Shown: positions 11,830 through 23,320 of the stretch, in pieces | Layout: each line of letters begins with the position of its first letter | How positions within the stretch are numbered: position 1 is the first letter of the stretch | Assembly (NCBI GenBank): GCA_013265495.1 | Contig: MU058844.1 | Location: forward strand, 13,662,184-13,726,183 | DNA length: 64,000 nt | Source: Vicugna vicugna | Lineage: Eukaryota | Direction: 5' to 3' | Position numbers and translations under genes: made by a program | The notes under the pieces: generated by a model | What the model was told of the DNA's origin: nothing | What the model saw: only the letters and a program-made list of their open reading frames with translations | Databases searched by the model: none

Positions 11830-12420
11830 AAACGCAGAATTGCACAACAACCGCCGTGGATCCGGACCGGGCTTTGGCCCTCTCCCTGCGCAGGGCAAGA
11901 GCAGATAAGCGAGCCCACTCCAGTTCCCCGCCGAGGTTTAGAGGCGCCCCGGAGCTGGTCCTCTGGAAGAAAGAAGGCTTTCACTTAGGTTTCAGCCCTT
12001 GGGCTTTTCCGTGAGTGCCTCTGCTGGGGCTGCGGGATCTCCTGCGGCACGGACGGGGCAGGGGGAGGAACGCAGGTGCAGCAGTGGGGCGGGAGGTGGG
12101 GTGAAAGGAGTTAGGACCGAGGACATTCTTCTCCCTGGAAGTGAGAGAGGGATCCGAGTCCCAGCGTGGAGCCGCCTGTTGCCAGGCAACCTGCAGACGC
12201 GGGCCTGGGCTAGCCAGAGCCTCTGCCGGGAACTGTCCCCTTCCAGCTCCTCCTGTCCGAAGCTGTCTCAGGGAGGGTTTCCTCGGTGGAATTCCTCCAG
12301 TTTATACATTTTCCAGCCCTCGCACTCTGGATTTAGTCTTTATCCAGATTGTTGGGTAAGTTCAGGTTGGCTGCCCCTTGAGTCCCACCCCAGTCCATGA
12401 ATCCCGGGTAGGAAGAGGGT
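11830..12420 (+). promoter_or_regulatory. CAPS2: CpG-rich promoter and non-coding first exon(s) of CAPS2
   Basis: GC/CpG enrichment; GC box GGGGCGGGAG at 12086; donor-like sites GTGAGT (12011), GTGAGA (12141), GTAAGT (12356); ~1.6 kb upstream of the ATG exon. Confidence 0.75.
12178..12190. promoter_or_regulatory. RFX X-box palindrome
   Basis: GTTGCC-A-GGCAAC, perfect inverted half-sites with 1-nt spacer. Confidence 0.75.
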
Positions 12421-12949
12421 GGAACATTCTTTCTGGTACGTTGCAGGTGCTCCTAAGTATGATCTCAACTTTTGGGGGAGTGACGTGGGGGTAATTACTC
12501 AGCTTCGTGTGAAATTAGGAGTGACCTCAAGTTCTATTCAGACACCCAGGTCTGTTATCACCTAGGCTCCAAAGGTAGTCTTGGTTCCCACCTGCATGGA
12601 GCTTAAATGCTAAGTTATATTTACACAGCTCTTTCGTCTCTCCTTGATCATGGGCTGAACTTGATCAATTTATTCTTTGCTTTCCACTATGTTCTGATTT
12701 GGCATAAGCAACATTATAGCCACTTAATACTACTAACCAAGAAAGAAGTGATGATAATTGGAGCTGGAAATAATCATTTTTAAAAATGAGAGACGTGAGA
12801 GGTGAATTCAGTACTTTTTGTAGCAAAAAAGATAATATGGTAAGATATGGATCTGTTAATGAACAATATTCATTACATGCTAGAAGTAATGTCTCATGAC
12901 TTGGCAGCAGCGTGCATAGAGACAAAGCCATCAAGTGCTCTTCCCTCCT

Positions 12950-13830
12950 CCTGCTATCCACCCCCCGCCAGCGTACCCCAACTGAGTATTCAGGGGAGAA
13001 TCTGTTCCTGCTTCTTGTAGCTTCTAGGGACTGCTGCTTTCCATCCATTTCAAAGCCGGCTGCTTAGCAACTTAGCTCCCCTTTGACCTGTGCTCCCATC
13101 CTCACACCTTCTCTTCTCACTCTGATCATCCTGCCTCCCTTTTATAAGGTGATTAATTGGGCTCATCTGATACTCCAGGATACTCTTCACATTTTGAAAT
13201 CCTTAACTTTTAAAAAAATTCTTACACTGTAGCTATATTTTGCATAAGAAAGGGGGGGAGGAAACACTACAGGACTCAAAACTTCCAGGAATTATGATAT
13301 TTAAGGGGAATGATAAAAAGATGAATTCTCCACATGAATAATTCAAACTCCATAAATAAACATAGATGCTTCTTTCCTTTCCTTTTTTTTGACTTTACTA
13401 ACTTTATTTTTTAATTGTGGTGGTTGTTTTTAATTCTTATTTTTTACTGAAGTGTAGTCGATTTACAGTGTTAGTTTCAGGTGTACAGCAAAGTGATTCA
13501 GTTATACATACATATGTATTTTTTCAGTTTCTTTTCCATTATTATTCATTACAAGAAATTAAATATAGATCCCTGTGCTATACAGCAGGTCCTTGTTGTT
13601 TATCTGTTTTATATATAGTAATGTGTATCTGTTAATCCCATACTCCTAATTTATCCCTTCCCCCTTTTCTCCCTGGTAACCACTGTTTGTTTTCTGTGTT
13701 CATAAGTCTCTTAAAATCTTCAATCACATTGGAAAAGTCTTTTTTTCCATTTAAGGCGACATATTCACAGAATCTGGTGACTAGGACATGAGCATCTTTG
13801 GGGGACCATTATTCAGACTAGTATTACACA
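12950..13830. mobile_element. MaLR (MLT1-like) LTR interrupted by an L1-containing insert
   Basis: 'ggggagaatctgttcctgcttcttgtagcttctag...ccttaactt' resumes as 'aatcacatt...catattcacag...gagcatctttgggggaccattattcag'. Confidence 0.7.
13430..13705 (-). mobile_element. LINE-1 3' end fragment
   Basis: Closely similar to 2090-2360 ('gtgtacagcaaagtgattcagttatacatac', 'aggtccttgttgttt'). Confidence 0.8.
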
Positions 13831-14025
13831 AATGTTGCCTCAGATAATGTAGCTGAGTCACAAAAAGTTGATTTTGGTGAAAGAAGTAAAAGTGATTAAC
13901 CACACAATTTCTTTCCATGTAACGTTATGTAATTTGTATGGCTTATTTAAAATTAGAAGAATTGTCATTTTATATTTATTTTACTTTTTTCAAAGATATA
14001 CCGTATGATACATACGTGAACTTGA

Positions 14026-14106
14026 ATGGATTTAGAGGTTAAAGGAGTTGCTGCTTCTCCTGCAAGTCAAGCTCAGGCAATCTCTGGAAGAGAAAAGCCA
14101 CTACAA
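14026..14106 (+). CDS. CAPS2: Calcyphosin-2 coding exon 1 (MDLEVKGVAASPASQAQAISGREKPLQ)
   Basis: Acceptor ttttttcaaag ends 13995; ATG 14026; donor GTATGT; resembles recalled human MDLEVKGVAA N-terminus. Confidence 0.9.
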
Positions 14107-14939
14107 GTATGTGTGTTACCTAATTTTCCTCTTGTAGGATGATTCATTACATAATTTTCTGACCCCTTTCTCCATGTTTTTACGACTAACTTATACTCCC
14201 AAATAATTAGGGTTAATGTTTCCTAGATTTGAATCATTGAATCAGCAGAATTGAAGATAATCATTACTTGAAAATTGGTCATTACTTGAATTAGTTTTAT
14301 TTCCTTAATTGAGCTTATTATCTTTTTTTATTACTATTTTAAAAATCATCTGTGTATGTCTCCAGAAAATATGCAAAATAAATAGTAGAAAGAAGAAGAA
14401 AATATCAATATACATTTTACATTAGCTAAATAGGAAGAGAACCTAGGCTTCTAAAATTAGGACTTTTATCCTTTTTAACCTTCATAATATCACTGTTGTG
14501 TATATTATTAAGTGCAAATTTAAAGCTGCTTTGTTCCTGTATTCACCACAGGGTTGGGCAAATATAAAATTTAGTTTAGAAATACATAGAGGTATTTATT
14601 TCATTGCTATTCTTACTATTTCAAATATTGAATGCTTATTACTTATCAGCAAACATGATAAATGTTTCTGTGACTTTTATCATTTAATTCTCACAGCCAA
14701 CCTTTGAGGTAGATATTATTATTAACTTGCTTTTAGATGTGGAAGAACTGAAGCTTCTAGAAATTGTGCCCTGCATCGATTTTGAACTTCAGTTCTGACT
14801 TCAGGATCTGTGCTCTTTACTTTATGTTCAGCCTTCTCCCTTATATGCTTGAGCTAGTGCTTTGGGTTTTTTTTTTTTTATGGTTCACAATATTATGAAT
14901 TAAATCGAAATTATTTGATAATTTGAATCAAAGCAGCCC

Positions 14940-15050
14940 TTCTTGGGGGAGGCTGTGCATGTGTGGGATCAGGGAGTACATGCGAAATCTCTTCCACTCA
15001 TCTTTGCTGTGAATCTAAAACTGTTCTGAAAAATAAAGTCTATTTTAAAG
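14940..15050 (+). mobile_element. L1M 3' terminal fragment
   Basis: 'gggggaggctgtgcatgtgtggg...aaaataaagtctatt' L1MB/MC-type end. Confidence 0.65.
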
Positions 15051-15084
15051 AAGGACAGCATACAAAAATATCCACCTTTTAAAA

Positions 15085-15265
15085 TAAAGGGTCACATAAT
15101 AAATATTTTTAGCTTCTGGGGCCATGCAGTTTCTGTTGCAATCTTTTAACTTTGCTGTTATGGTTATAACACATAGACAATTTGTAAATAAACGAGCAGG
15201 GCTGGGTTCCAATAAAACCTTTACCTACAAAAACTAGGTCTGGCCTGGGGGTTTATAAACTATAG
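15085..15265. mobile_element. MER58-like hAT-Charlie element
   Basis: 'aagggtcacataataaatatttttagcttctggggccat...ggttccaataaaacctt'. Confidence 0.65.
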
Positions 15266-16659
15266 TTTATCTTTATTCTAGATTGGCTAGCACAGTTTTG
15301 TTGGAATTAGGTAACTTTCATTCTAAAACATGTATGCCTATGACTTCATGATTAAATAGGCCTATTTAACAGATTTTAATAAGTCTATTAAAACACCTTC
15401 TAAGGAATAACAATGATGACGATCATGACGACTATGAGAACGACAGCTGTATTCTATTTGGATTTTCTTCCTAAAGTTAGATGATGTTATAATGGCTCCC
15501 AAATATAATTGAGAAATTTTTTGATGGGTGATGAAAATGTGCTGCTATTTTAGGCTATGTTTTATATATACACAATTGTATTTTAAAATTATTATTACAT
15601 TAAAATTAATTAAATATAATATCATATGCTATTATAGCTGTTATATATTTGGTTTTATTATTACATATAAATATATCTTTCCATTTCAATGATCATCTTG
15701 TGATTTTATATTTCTACAGTTTAACTGTTTATTAGGATAGTTCTTAAAACTATGCCATATTGAAACTGATACTGAGCTGAATTTGCTTTCTTTTACTCTT
15801 ACAGTCAGACTGATGAAGCCCAGTCTTGTATACAACTTTGATGCTTGCTAGTAGTATCACAGATGCCTGTTAGAGGGCATCTCAGAAGTAAGCTATAAGT
15901 GATTCTGGGTAAATTATTTCCTACTTTTATTAACTTAAGCTTTCCCTAAGACTCACACATATTTCTTATTTCATGGTGGCTAAGCTTAGTGTAATTTTCA
16001 GGTCTTTGTACAAGTTTCTGGCAATAAGATCGAACATTTCCAAACACATACCTGTATATATTTGGTCGCCTCCTTGCCTAAATCCTGCACTGTCTTCCCA
16101 TTACCCTTGGGATGAAGTCCAAGTTCCTTATCTTGTGTTAGAATGTAACAGCTCTGGCCACTACCTCTTCATGCTCTGGATTTCAGCTCTTTCCAACTGC
16201 CGACTCCTGCCTGTGGGCCTGTGCAGCACAAGTTGTTCCTCGTGGCTGGAGCAATTTTTTCTCTCCCTTCTTCATCTGGCTGACTCCTACTCATCCTTCT
16301 GAGCTCCATTTAGAGTTTTCTTTTTTCTTTTTGAAAAAAAACTGCCTCAGTTCTCCGGACGAGGTTGGGTACACATGCTAAGTGCAGCTGCTGTCTCAGT
16401 ACGTATTTTCCACATTGTTTGAGTAAATGTCTTCCCCAGCAGACAGAGTTATGTGGGTTCTCATCCTGTCTCTGTGTCTCAAGCACAGTAGGGAGGGGCT
16501 TAATAAATATTTCTTATATAAAAGAAACTTTTCTTATAAAAACTTTTCTTATAAAAAAGAAAAGTTATAATTAGCCTTATTGCATTGACATATTGTTTAT
16601 CTTTTAAAGTATAAATAAATGATATACGCATACTGATTCTAATTTTTTTTTAATTAAAG

Positions 16660-16709
16660 CAAGGATGGACCTCCAAATCATGGGGAGTTGAGGATCCTTG
16701 CCTACCTGT
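16660..16709 (+). CDS. CAPS2: CAPS2 coding exon 2 (QGWTSKSWGVEDPCLPV)
   Basis: AG/GTAAGT boundaries, phase 0 to 2. Confidence 0.88.
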
Positions 16710-17283
16710 GTAAGTCACATTTCTTCACATTTGAGCTGTTTAATGGGTAAATACATTTATAATACATTAACAAGCAAAAAAAAAAAGAAAAATTATATAT
16801 ATAGCTATGACTGTGAACCACAGAAAAGTTTATATGCCTGTGGATGGCCTGAAAATTACTAAGTCAAAATTAAAGTAGATCCTGTGATAGGATGGTAAGA
16901 TTAAGGGTAATACTTCTTTTATTTTTTAAAATTTTTCTTTAATATTATTTTTACATTTTTCTGAAAATTTTAAAATACTGTTTTACTTAGAACATGCAGC
17001 CAAGAGCATTTATTAAAGAAGTACATAGAATCTTGCACTTTATAATTGGGATAGTCAAAATGAATTTAATAGGAGGTATGTCTGTGCTTTAATCTTATCT
17101 TGAGAAATATTATAGTTTTATCAGTCTTATAAAAATGATTTTAGTTTTGGGCTGGAATACAGTAATTGTTGTATATATATTTTACATCCTCGTCTCTTAA
17201 AAATTGGAAGGCTATGTCTTTTATATTCTTTCAAGTATATTAGACTACAGGGCTTCTTGGAAAATAGAAATTAAAAAGTAATT

Positions 17284-17367
17284 TATTAGGCTGACCCATA
17301 TAAAACTGACATTTTTATAGATCAAAAATGGGCAAATGTCAGCAATTTCATGTGGTTCCACAAAATA
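17284..17367. mobile_element. MADE2-like mariner MITE
   Basis: ~84 bp with degenerate TIRs 'tattaggctgacccatataaaactg' / 'caatttcatgtggttccacaaaata'. Confidence 0.65.
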
Positions 17368-17446
17368 GATACCTGTATGCTCATCCAGAGGGAAAAATAG
17401 AGCTAGGTACAGGTGTTAGGTACGAGATACTGAGTGATGATGGTTA

Positions 17447-18185
17447 GATGGGTGCTGGAAAATGTTTAACAACTGGTTTTCTAGAAGTGTACTGTAAGTT
17501 TATTATCAATTTTACTTGTTAATTTTAAATAAAATTAAGTATATTTCAAGTTGAGTATAAATTTTACACGAACATATCAACCAACGTGAGTATTAGTTGA
17601 TAATTTCATTTATTGTAGAGTGATGCAAGTGATTTCTTTGCTGAATCAAGTCATAGTTTTGAATACTGAAACAGTATTTCCTGAGTTTTTTGTTATTGAC
17701 AATGTGACAGTTACAGATAGGATATACTTTTCAGTTTAATATGCACTATTCACGTTTTCTCCACCACTTTCGTCATCCTCAGAAATCAACAAAATAATAC
17801 ATCAAGTCCCAATTCATAGCATTTGCCCATTTCTGTGTAAGTAATCCCACTGTGGTTGATTTCAGGCTGTCACTGAACACAGAGTTGGAAAGAGATGACA
17901 CCATAATATTACCACTCAGATATGATAGGTGTAAATGGCCTCCAAAACACAGATAGTAGCTAAGTACAATAAAACCATTAAGAAGTGATAACTTTTGAGT
18001 ACTTGTTACCTTTTTAAAATATAATTTAACTACTTAATTTAATTTTATTAAATTTAAATTAACTTTCTTAATTTAAATTTTTATTTTATTTTATTTTTAA
18101 TAACTCTGTATTAACAACCAGCTCAAAAAATTACGGAACACTTTAACAAAAGCCTATCACAGCTTATAGAAGCCAGCAAACCATT
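17447..18185. mobile_element. Old hAT-type DNA transposon remnant (family uncertain)
   Basis: Begins 'gtgctggaaaatgtttaacaactgg' and ends '...taacaaccagctc...gccagcaaacca'. Confidence 0.4.
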
Positions 18186-18272
18186 GGCTTCAGTGTACCT
18201 GAACATATGTGATTTGCAACTATTTAAGTCTCATTTATAAAAGTTATGGGATGCATAGATTATTTCTTTCAG

Positions 18273-18318
18273 GGTCCCACGACTTGATTTGGGAAGCCTT
18301 GTTGACTCTGATGACGAG
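18273..18318 (+). CDS. CAPS2: CAPS2 coding exon 3 (VPRLDLGSLVDSDDE)
   Basis: tttctttcag acceptor, GTAATT donor, phase 2 to 0. Confidence 0.92.
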
Positions 18319-18407
18319 GTAATTTTTAATTGGTATTTAATGTAATAAACATTTGAACACAGGGTTACAGATAGTAGATAATTAGTATCATTTAATTTTA
18401 TTTTTAA

Positions 18408-18590
<183 letters not shown>

Positions 18591-19757
18591 TAATCCAGGA
18601 ATTTCATTATGTCCAGTCTATATTTTGTTTAGTTTAAGTATGGTATATATTAACATCCCAAACAGTACTGTTGATGAAATAATTTTACTTTGTTTTACAT
18701 TCTTCCCTCACATAAGAATACTATTTTTTAAATGTCATAAAATTGGCAAAGTACAGGTTTATACTAATAGGGATTTTAAAATTATGGCAGAAAATTAGAT
18801 CAGATCTTACTAGCTTAACAATACAAAATTGGTCTCTTGGAAACTGACATACTTTTGGCTACTAGGATCCTATGGGGTAAGTAAGTAACTATACTGATTC
18901 CAAGGTGTCTCCTTAGGGCATATTTATACTTCAAACAACGTACAGTGTTTTATTTCATGTTATGAACACAAGTTCTGACCAGTATTCTATGAGTAGGGCT
19001 TGCTTTTCTGTCTTTGATAGTCTTTCTCCACTCATGTGCTCCTCAGTCTCATTTTGGGTAAATTACATGGATAGCATCCTTCTCTGTAGCATGCTGCAGT
19101 TTTCACACTGAAGCCTTGCCCCGTCCTCCTTTGGGTATAGACTCGAATACAACCACTTCCAAGGGTTGTACTGGCTTTATACTCATCTGGGAGCGACTGT
19201 CCCTCTCTGGGACAATATGTGTTTGCTTCATATTCCTTTTTGGTTTCTCTTACCCGCTGGCTCTGTTACCTCTCATCCCATGGAAATGTGGCAGGGAGCC
19301 AGGTAATATGAGAAGGTGGAGTATCTCGATATTCTGGAAATGGCAACCAGAGCTTCTCCAATTCCTATGGCTGTTCTGGAAGAAATGATTGGCAGTGGAG
19401 CTTTTCTGGGGCAGGAATAAAAAGCCTATCTAAAACCCGTAAGAAGAAAGAAAAGTTATTTTTTTCCTCATCCCTATTTTAGAACCAGGACTGATCTCCA
19501 GCTGGGAAACAATACAGGCTTTCTGGTTTCTGAGGCCAGTGCCCATTCTGTGCGGCTCCGCGTGCTCTGATTGCTGAGTGATGCTGCACCAGCTTAATGT
19601 CGTGAATGTGACCTCTCTTTAGAACACTGCGAGTAGTTGTCTGTTTCTTAGGCATAAATGCTAAGGTGAAGGATAAACCTGTTAATGTTAATAAGGAAAG
19701 TTAATAATAATTCTAATTTTTTCTGGCAGATGGTATACTTTTTCTTTTTACCTCTAG

Positions 19758-19970
<213 letters not shown>

Positions 19971-20779
19971 TAAAGGAAATAGTACACATATTATAGAAAC
20001 ATCTTTTTGTTTGATGTCTTGCTGCTCGTCATAATAAAGTACAAAAACTAACATTTATTTTCTGTACGCCAGAGATTGTTTTAAGTATTTTACTTGCATT
20101 AACTAGTTTATTCTTCACAGCAATCCTAACAGGTTATTATCACCATTTTACAAACTCAACATGGGAAATTGCCTTTACAATCAGGCAGGGTGGAACTGCT
20201 GCATAAATGCTGTTAGAAAATCCTACGATAGTTACATGAATTAAAACACTTGAATAGTAATCTCTGGAAATAGAAGAAGTCTGTGATATGAGAAATGTAA
20301 GACCCTCTTGAAAGCAGAAAGCAACATGTAAATTGATTCTTTTGGCTGATAAATAAAAAATAAAGTTAGATATATTTAGAACCCAAGACAATAGCTAAAG
20401 GCTGTAGCTACTAACTAATCAGGCTGATACATCAGTCAACTGATAATGTCAAACAGGAAAATAAAAGCTCCACTCTGCTTGGTTCTAAAGGCAAGTTCCC
20501 CATGCTGTTTTCCTTCCATTTAGTATAAAATGGTGGTGAATCTCTTACTGTCAAATTCTCTTACTACCTAAAATGTAAGCTTATATGCATGTATATATGT
20601 ATGTATATATTTTAAATTAATGAAACATCTTTAAATAAAACATGAAATTCATTAAACTTCAATTTTACAGAAGAGAATGTTAATTTCTGAATTGTACTTA
20701 TTATTATTTATTCCAGATAAACCCTTTTTCACTAACTCTAGAAAAAGATAAAACACCTTTTGGATTTAGAAATGATCAC

Positions 20780-21660
20780 CCTAATTCACTCATTCATTGT
20801 TTATTCTTTCAACAAATAGTTCTTGAATGTTTAACTATGATACAAGGTACCTTTCCTGACACTGGTGATAAATCAGTGAGTAAAACAGACACAAATTCCT
20901 GCCCTTACAGAGTATATATCCTAAGGAAGGAGTAGCAAGAGAAAAAAAGTGAATGAATGAATGACTCAATCAACCCATCAATCAATTCATCTAGAATGAC
21001 AGATGGTGACAAATGCTGTGGGTCCAAGGGAACCGAGATTAGGGTAGCGATTTGTACATGATCGTCAGGGAAGACCTTTTCCATAAGGCTGCATTTTAGC
21101 ACACATCTGAAAGGGGAGAGGAGCAAGCCAGTCAGGAGAAGCTAGGTGTCATGAAGTAGGAGTAGGCATGGTGTTCGGAGCAGGAAGAGCCAGGGAGAGA
21201 CGGGAAGAGACTGTTCAGCGAGTTAAAGGGAGGCTGAGGCTGGGAGGCAGATTACGGAGCCCTTGTAGACCACTTAAAGGGCTTTGCCTTCTATTTTGTT
21301 TTGTTCAGAATGGGTTTCATTGGGAAGAAGGTGTGGCTGGAAGCAGGTGGACCACTGAGGAGGCTATCACAGTGATCCAGGCAAGAGATGAGGACGTTGG
21401 CCTGGACCCAGGTGGTCGCAGCAAAGTTGGACGAGAAGTGGTCATGATGAGGGGTCAGATTCTCGATAGATTCTGGAGGTAGGGCTGAGAATATTTAGCG
21501 ATGGATTGGTTACAGGCTTGAGAGAAAGGAAAGATGAAAAAGGACTGGAAGGCTTTTGACCTGAGCAGTTGGAAGAGCGGTCTTGTCATTAACTGGAAGA
21601 CCACAGGGAAGTGTGATTTGGGGAGGCTACATTTGAGATGCCAAGTGGAAATGTCAATGT
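20780..21660 (-). mobile_element. LINE-2 fragment
   Basis: 'attcactcattcatt...caacaaata' tail and 'gaggctatcacagtgatccaggcaagagatg', 'ttttgacctgagcagttgga'. Confidence 0.75.
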
Positions 21661-22317
21661 TTCCCTTTTGCAAAAGGTTAAAAACAAGCCAAAACAAAAT
21701 AAAATGCTTTTGAAAGTTTCTTCCAGCCTATAATGCAGAGCGTGGCTTATACTTAAACGTTATCCATTAATTTAATCTTTTTCACTTACTGTATATAATG
21801 TTAAACATCTTTCTGGTGCCTGTTAAGATAAATCACCATTTAGGAAAAACAAATTTATTAGTGGGTAAACAAATAAAGTTATAAGGTATCCTCATAAATT
21901 TATTTCCCAATAGAAAATACTTAAACAAGATTTATTATTCATTCATTGAATAAATGTTTATCAGGTGCTCCCTATGTGTGGCCCTGTTCTGGCACCAGGG
22001 CTACTGCAATAAAAAAGACAGTTTTTGCCCTCGTGGAACTTATAGTAGGAGGGGCAGACAACAAATCATAAACAAATGTGTACCAAAGTTTCACGTAGCA
22101 ATCAACAGTCACGAAGACAGAGAAGGGTATGGAGATGAAATGTGACTTTTCAAGGGAGATCTAAAGTAAGAACAAGCCCTGGTGGAAAAAACTCTTGAAA
22201 TCTAGTTTTTGACAAATTAAGTTTTTGACAAATTGCTACCCCTGTTGAGGCATTATTTTGTGTTAAGGTAATGAAAGCACATCTTATATTCAGAGAAAAA
22301 TCTAGTGTTTATCTCTT

Positions 22318-22764
22318 TAGGATTCTTGTCAAAAGTTTAGAAAAGCAGAAGTGAAGCCAATGAGTCACTGAAGTCATTAGTGAATGTTTACTGTGCACAC
22401 AACAAAAAGAAAGTTTGCAAACCAGGAGCGCTGAAGTCAAACGTGGAATGAGATTCAGGGGTATATTGTTATAAAGCAGTTTTATATAGTGAGAAAACAG
22501 TGACTGTTTGATCTTCATAGTGATTGGCTGTACTATTAGAATTTTCTTAAATGATAGGGATCGGTTAGTGGTTACCCCTATCAACTTTGTGAAGCAGTTT
22601 AAGTTACACTTATGATTTCCAGAGATATAAGCAAGAAGCAATCCAAGCCAAGTTAGTCTCGCTTGTCTTGCAAAATAAGATAAATTAAGCTTTGCTTATA
22701 TGACTAAACTGATATTATCAGCTCAAGGAATTTTCAAGGCTGTTCTCTCTGTTTGATTTTAACA
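22318..22764. mobile_element. Possible solo LTR
   Basis: ~450-bp block ending 'tttaaca' with TATA/CCAAT-like motifs on the minus strand; TSD unclear. Confidence 0.3.
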
Positions 22765-23083
22765 GTCTCAAAGAATACACCCCACCTATTAGTTACTTGT
22801 GAATGTAATTTTATAAAGTAGTGACATGCCCACATGTATTAACTTCACAAAGTCTCAAATGGACAATAATAGAAATAATAGTTGCTACTTTTCATGGAGT
22901 GCTTACTGTATGTCAGGTACTTTTTTGTGTTAGACATGAGTCATCTCATCTAATCATTTGTGTGTGTGTGAAGTAGTTATTCATATTCCCATTTTATCTG
23001 TGAGTAAATCGAGGTCATCTAACTAGAAAGCGGGAGAGCTGGATTCAAACAGGCAGAATGATTGTCAGAGCCTGCACTCTTAA

Positions 23084-23320
<237 letters not shown>

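Noticed and set aside
11999..12400. 133-aa ORF in the CAPS2 promoter
   Set aside because: TTG start, GC-rich stop-poor sequence, no recognisable homology.
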